Of a stretch of DNA of 64,000 nucleotides, positions 62,295-64,000 are shown one piece after another. The notes beneath the pieces are model-generated. The model had not been told where the DNA came from, ran no database searches, and was given only the letters and a program-made list of their open reading frames with translations. Position 1 is the stretch's first letter. Each line of letters begins with the position of its first letter. The stretch lies in the NCBI RefSeq assembly GCF_964204645.1, contig NC_134030.1, positions 11,119,947 through 11,183,946 on the forward strand. The letters are read 5' to 3'. The DNA comes from Tubulanus polymorphus. Lineage: Eukaryota > Animalia > Nemertea. Made by a program: the position numbers and the translations under genes.

Positions 62295-63499
62295 GTTTAG
62301 AACGCACTTCACGTTCCTCCCCCAAACAATTCAAACTCGAACGGAACGGCCCTGGTAATTGGTGTTCGTTGCAGCTCTGGATGCGCATACATCATGATTG
62401 GGCGTCCTGTCGGCATGTCTATTCTTTGCTTCCTTATCTTGTTACAATTCCAAACATTCACCACCTGATCGTGAACGTGCTGAAGAAGTTTTTGAGTTAT
62501 ATGGCCACATAATTCAAAACCATGACTATATTAACATGATCGAACCATATATCGATGTAGATTACAAGCTGCCAGAATGTATCGAATCGTAACACTTTCG
62601 GTACCTTGTATTCAACAAAACCATTAAACAGAGATATACAGAGAAACTATTTGAGAGAAGATATTCCAACCTGAATAACATGCATGAAACAAAACTGCAG
62701 AAGATTCTTATCTATAAAGTCACCAGTGTGATAGCCGTCATCTTGTAGCCTTTTAAATAGATCCAACCAAAAGTTAACGCTTTCTTTCCTTAGAATACCC
62801 CACCAAATCTCCATTCTCTGGTTTGCTGTGCTTTTGCCCCTCAGATAACTGTGATGTCCAGCATATCGATCGATGTGATCGTTTCTGAGAAATATTTGCA
62901 TTTGCTGGATAAAAGGATTCTCCGTTCCATCATCTGCCCTTAATCTAGATGGGCAACCATCTTTGGACTCTACTGCCTCTAAGAAATACCCACATATGAC
63001 ACGGGGATCGTTGTTCGTTGTCCAAACTTCCAACCAGATAATTAATCTTGAGAATCCATCAATGCATCCACTTACACAAAAACCAAATGGTTTTGGCTTA
63101 TCATATCCGTCGACATTCCAAATTGCGTTAGGCCCAGGATTTTCATACAAACGCCGCCGGAGTCGTTTTGTTATTCTTTGCTTCACTCCTTCTGGGTCTA
63201 ATATGCCGAGCAGCAGTCGCACCACATTCTGGGGAATTCTCAGGCCATGCTGTGTACACTTAAAGTGCATCCATCGATATCCATGTAAATGACCTGATTT
63301 CTCCAACTGATGTATGATATACAGAGCTACGGTGATGATATCGGAGTAATCCTTTCTGCGGAACAAACCCAACTGAGCTCCTATCCGTCGCACAGTACGG
63401 TTACTAATTTTGATGTCAAAATCCTTACACAAACAGTATTATATTTCTGCGTTGCTGAAACCCTAGAAAAAGTTTCCTGAATATCTCATGGCGATCCAT
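62295..63499 (-). pseudogene. IS3EU-type (integrase-core DDE) transposase, disrupted
   Basis: GYRWMH, LDPEGV, RLRRRLY..GPN..W..DGYDK, GCIDGFSR, LRADDGTEN, STANQRME, then a second-exon remnant VWN..KIR..PTGRP..MY..PE. Frameshift and stop near the ATG at 63499. Confidence 0.85.
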
Positions 63500-63554
63500 T
63501 ACAGTTAGTATTACGAAATGGGTACAGCGTCTACTCTTTCTCTTAATATACCAA

Positions 63555-63900
63555 CTCGAAAAATCATTTTGTGAAGTCGACTTACAAACTCGAAAAGTCT
63601 ACTTATTAACTCAAAAAGTCGACTTTTTAAACTCGAAAAGTCGACTTACTAACTCGAAAAGTCTTAAAAGGCTTAATAACTCGAAAAGTCGACTTTTAAA
63701 AGTCGAAAAGTCGACTCATTAACTCGAAAAGTCGACTTATTAAAGTCGAAACGTCGACTTATTAAGTACTCGAAAATACGACTTTTTAAACTCGAAAAGT
63801 CGACTTAATAACTCGAAAAGTCGACTTACTAAGTCGAAAAGTCGACTTAATCACTCGAAAAGTTGACTTTTCAAAGTCGAAAAGTCGACTTTTTAAACTG
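63555..63900. repeat. Subterminal ~21-bp tandem array (AACTCGAAAAGTCGACTT) of the IS3EU right end
   Basis: Many imperfect units containing the palindrome AAGTCGACTT; a shorter inverted array lies at 31085-31160. Confidence 0.9.
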
Positions 63901-64000
63901 AAAATAAAATGTTGTTGGCCGTATTGCTCTTCCGTAATAACGTAACCAAGCTAACAAAAAAAAGTTCAAAGAACATTTTCTAAAAGTTTTTCACTAACAT

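Larger units (their letters stand above)
31041..63936 (-). mobile_element. IS3EU-type DNA transposon, 32,896 bp including nested insertions
   Basis: About 105-bp TIRs (TACGGAAGAGCAAT(G/A)CGGCCAACAACATTTTATTTTCAG...) at 31041 and 63936; identical 6-bp TSD ATAACG at 31035-31040 and 63937-63942; IS3/integrase-core transposase remnant next to the right TIR. Confidence 0.8.

Noticed and set aside
63555-63900. Regular palindromic repeats resembling a CRISPR array
   Set aside because: Units are contiguous with no spacers; they are subterminal repeats of the IS3EU end.

Overview
AT-rich animal genomic DNA, probably a marine invertebrate, with spliceosomal introns. The left half holds host genes: the last three exons of an SLC1 glutamate/neutral amino-acid transporter, an intronless class A GPCR, a 7-exon ENPP6-like gene whose catalytic nucleophile and most Zn ligands are replaced (predicted pseudoenzyme), and one MAM-domain exon, among MITEs and LINE fragments. 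The right half is a nested set of mobile elements. An IS3EU-type DNA transposon spans 31041-63936 (TAC...GTA ends, perfect 6-bp TSD ATAACG). Inside it are a near full-length CR1/L2-type LINE whose ORF1 combines zinc knuckles with an SGNH esterase, and a decayed Penelope-like element. The Penelope is split by an apparently intact 14,471-bp Maverick/Polinton (41377-55847; 404-bp TIRs starting AGTAGT; TSD GATATT). Besides pPolB, integrase, ATPase, protease and major/minor capsid genes, this Maverick encodes a divergent TBP-like protein and a spliced tandem-PC4 protein, a candidate element-encoded Pol II transcription module. It also has splice signals suggesting a distant leader exon joined to pPolB. 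All calls come from motif recognition by eye; no database searches were run.
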